From positions 43,256 to 107,255 of the forward strand of contig CAXXXF010000017.1 in the NCBI GenBank assembly GCA_963667175.2: a DNA stretch of 64,000 nt, in the 5' to 3' direction. The notes below the pieces were generated by a model, which was not told the origin of the DNA, did no database searches, and was given only the letters and a program-made list of their open reading frames with translations. This stretch comes from Candidatus Latescibacterota bacterium. GTDB lineage: Bacteria > Latescibacterota > UBA2968 > GCA-2709665. Below are positions 61,995-64,000 of the stretch, piece by piece (the stretch's first letter is position 1; the number at the start of each line of letters is the position of its first letter). The position numbers and the translations under genes are program-made.

Positions 61995-62139
61995 ACCGGG
62001 ATTGACTCACATCGCGAGCAGGATTTCGGTCGATCTTCCTGTCCCCGCCTTTGCCTTAATCACGCTAATCAGGTTTTAGTCACACGAATCACTGTCGGTT
62101 TTGGATTTGTCCATCCCCGTCGCGCAAGGTATATTCAGA

Positions 62140-62592
62140 GTGATGACGACGCGAGATTTCACCGCAACCACGTTCGTCGTCCAGGACGGCAGGACGCTGT
62201 TGCTGTTTCACAAGCGGCTCAGGCTGTGGCTTCCACCGGGCGGGCATGTCGATCAGGACGAACTGCCGTGCGACGCGGCCGTCCGGGAGGTCCGGGAAGA
62301 ATGCGGTCTGGAGGTGGCCCTCCTGTCACCTCGCTCGCGGATGGGCACGGTGGACGTGCTTAGCCGCCCCGAATGCATTCTCCTGGAACAGATTTCAGCC
62401 GATCATCAGCACATCGACCTGATCTATTTCGCGCGAGTCACGGGCGGCAGCCTGAAGGTGGCGGCTTCCGAGGCAGAGGGTTACAGGTGGTGCGGCCCCG
62501 CGGACCTGGAAGACGAGTCGATCGCGGAGGACGTTCAGCGGCTGGGGAAACTGGCGATCGAGGCCGTGGAGACCCGCGGGACAAAAAACTGA
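62140..62592 (+). CDS. NUDIX hydrolase
   Basis: PGGHVDQDELPCDAAVREVREECG Nudix box; HQHIDL. Confidence 0.9.
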   Translation: MMTTRDFTATTFVVQDGRTLLLFHKRLRLWLPPGGHVDQDELPCDAAVREVREECGLEVALLSPRSRMGTVDVLSRPECILLEQISADHQHIDLIYFARVTGGSLKVAASEAEGYRWCGPADLEDESIAEDVQRLGKLAIEAVETRGTKN

Positions 62593-62600
62593 GGAACGAT

Positions 62601-63548
62601 ATGCCGGCGGCCAACGCGGTGGTGGACGACGTCCTGGAACTGATCGGCGAGACGCCGATGGTGCGGCTGAACCGGATGGTGGAACCGGGCATGGCCGAAG
62701 TGGCCGTGAAAATCGAAGCCGCCAACCCGGTCTGTTCGGTGAAGGACCGGATTGCGTACGCCATGATCGATGCCGCCGAGCGGGACGGCAGCCTGAAACC
62801 GGGCATGACCGTTGTGGAGCCCACCAGCGGGAATACCGGCATCGGCCTGGCCCTGGTGGCCGCGGCGAAGGGATATCGCCTGGTACTGACCATGCCGGAT
62901 TCCATGAGCCGCGAGAGGCGGGACCTCCTGCAGAGTTTCGGGGCCGAAGTGGTCCTGACGCCGGGCGCGGAGGACATGCAGGGCGCCGTGGACGAGGCGG
63001 TACGCATCGCGAGGGAGGCCCCCGCCGAGACGTTCATGCCCCAGCAGTTCGCGAATCCGGCGAATCCCGAGGTGCACCGCCGCACAACCGCGCGCGAGAT
63101 CCTGGACGCGGTGGCGGGGCGTTTGGACGCGTTCGTGGCCGGCGTGGGCACGGGCGGAACCATCACGGGCGTGGGCGAGGTCCTGAAGGCGGAACTGCCC
63201 GGGATCCTGGTGGTGGCGGTGGAGCCGCAGCGGTCCAACGTGCTTTCCGGCGGCGCGCCGGGACTTCACGATATCCAGGGCATCGGCGCGGGATTCGTTC
63301 CCGAGGTTCTGAACCGGGAGATCTACGACCGGGTGATCTGCGCGACCGAGGCCGATGCATTCGAGACCTCGAAGCGCCTCGCTTCCGAAGAGGGCATCCT
63401 GAGCGGCATTTCCGCGGGCGCGAACGTCTGGGCAGCGCTCCGGGTGGCGGAGGAGTTGGGCGAAGGCAAGCGCGTGGCCACGGTGATCTGCGATTCGGCG
63501 GAACGGTACTTCAGCGTTCCGGGCTTTATGTCGGGGAAAGAGGCGTAG
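62601..63548 (+). CDS. cysK: Cysteine synthase A
   Basis: SVKDRIA, PTSGNTG, GVGTGGT, IQGIGAGF. Confidence 0.95.
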   Translation: MPAANAVVDDVLELIGETPMVRLNRMVEPGMAEVAVKIEAANPVCSVKDRIAYAMIDAAERDGSLKPGMTVVEPTSGNTGIGLALVAAAKGYRLVLTMPDSMSRERRDLLQSFGAEVVLTPGAEDMQGAVDEAVRIAREAPAETFMPQQFANPANPEVHRRTTAREILDAVAGRLDAFVAGVGTGGTITGVGEVLKAELPGILVVAVEPQRSNVLSGGAPGLHDIQGIGAGFVPEVLNREIYDRVICATEADAFETSKRLASEEGILSGISAGANVWAALRVAEELGEGKRVATVICDSAERYFSVPGFMSGKEA

Positions 63549-63677
63549 TCGACGGTGTCGGAAACAGCCGGATTTTCCGTCTATTTGTACGAGTTCCGGT
63601 AAATTTGGTACCAGTTCACTTTTGACAGGTTGTATGACTCGCCGGGGCTCCAGATCTCCCGGTGAAGGGAGACGAGA

Positions 63678-64000
63678 ATGCCCAGAGAAACAGAACCCTC
63701 ATGGCGCGATGGCATGCGCAGCCTGCATCCGGACGAATTCGAGAGCCTGTCCGAACTGGTCCACACCGTGTTCCGGCCGGGTCTGGTCGACGAATATCCC
63801 CATTTCTATACCCCGGCGCACGCCGGTGAAATGCGGGTGGTGGTGGTGGACGGTCGCGTCGTGTCTCATATCGGCGCGCTGCGGCGGAACGCGTCCATAT
63901 TCGGATGCACCGTGCGCGCGTCGTCCCTTGGCGGGGTGGCCACGTACGAAGAACACCGCGGAAACGGGTACGCAACGGCCCTGTTTGAAGACACGATGCG
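63678..64000 (+). CDS. GNAT family N-acetyltransferase (Eis-like), truncated by the window edge
   Basis: Manual translation: ...VDGRVVSHIG...LGGVATYEEHRGNGYATAL. Confidence 0.8.
   Translation, partial: MPRETEPSWRDGMRSLHPDEFESLSELVHTVFRPGLVDEYPHFYTPAHAGEMRVVVVDGRVVSHIGALRRNASIFGCTVRASSLGGVATYEEHRGNGYATALFEDTM

Overview
GC-rich bacterial chromosomal window. The lineage is not determinable from sequence alone; the gene content is consistent with an FCB-type organism such as Latescibacterota or Gemmatimonadota, which is an inference. 1-36 kb is mostly core and metabolic: zapA, probable 6S RNA, rny, ymdB, xseAB, nadK, recN, futalosine genes mqnE/mqnC/mqnA, a heparinase II/III-kelch fusion, tRNA-Leu(CAG), an ECF-TPR sigma factor, an archaeal-type pheST operon under a Phe-specific (UUC) T-box riboswitch, an RND permease and a form II coxSLMG cluster. 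36-62 kb is a lower-GC defence island with no visible integrase: HicBA, type I RM (HsdR plus fused HsdM-S), a HEPN-motif protein, an IS3-disrupted ATPase-TOPRIM nuclease, a CapH/CapP-regulated type III CBASS with a 2TM (SLATT-like) effector, further toxin-antitoxin modules and a CxxU AhpD-like selenoprotein. Standout observations: (1) two sibling ORF-less group II introns whose EBS1 loops differ, each matching its own insertion site at 7/7 nt; (2) about 16 copies of a 9-nt-period repeat (CATGGATGGACAGGATGAACAGGATAAAA) that punctuate the island, form inverted pairs across intergenic spacers, sit in frame inside hsdMS and are the target of one intron; (3) a ~370-bp direct repeat flanking the CBASS block.
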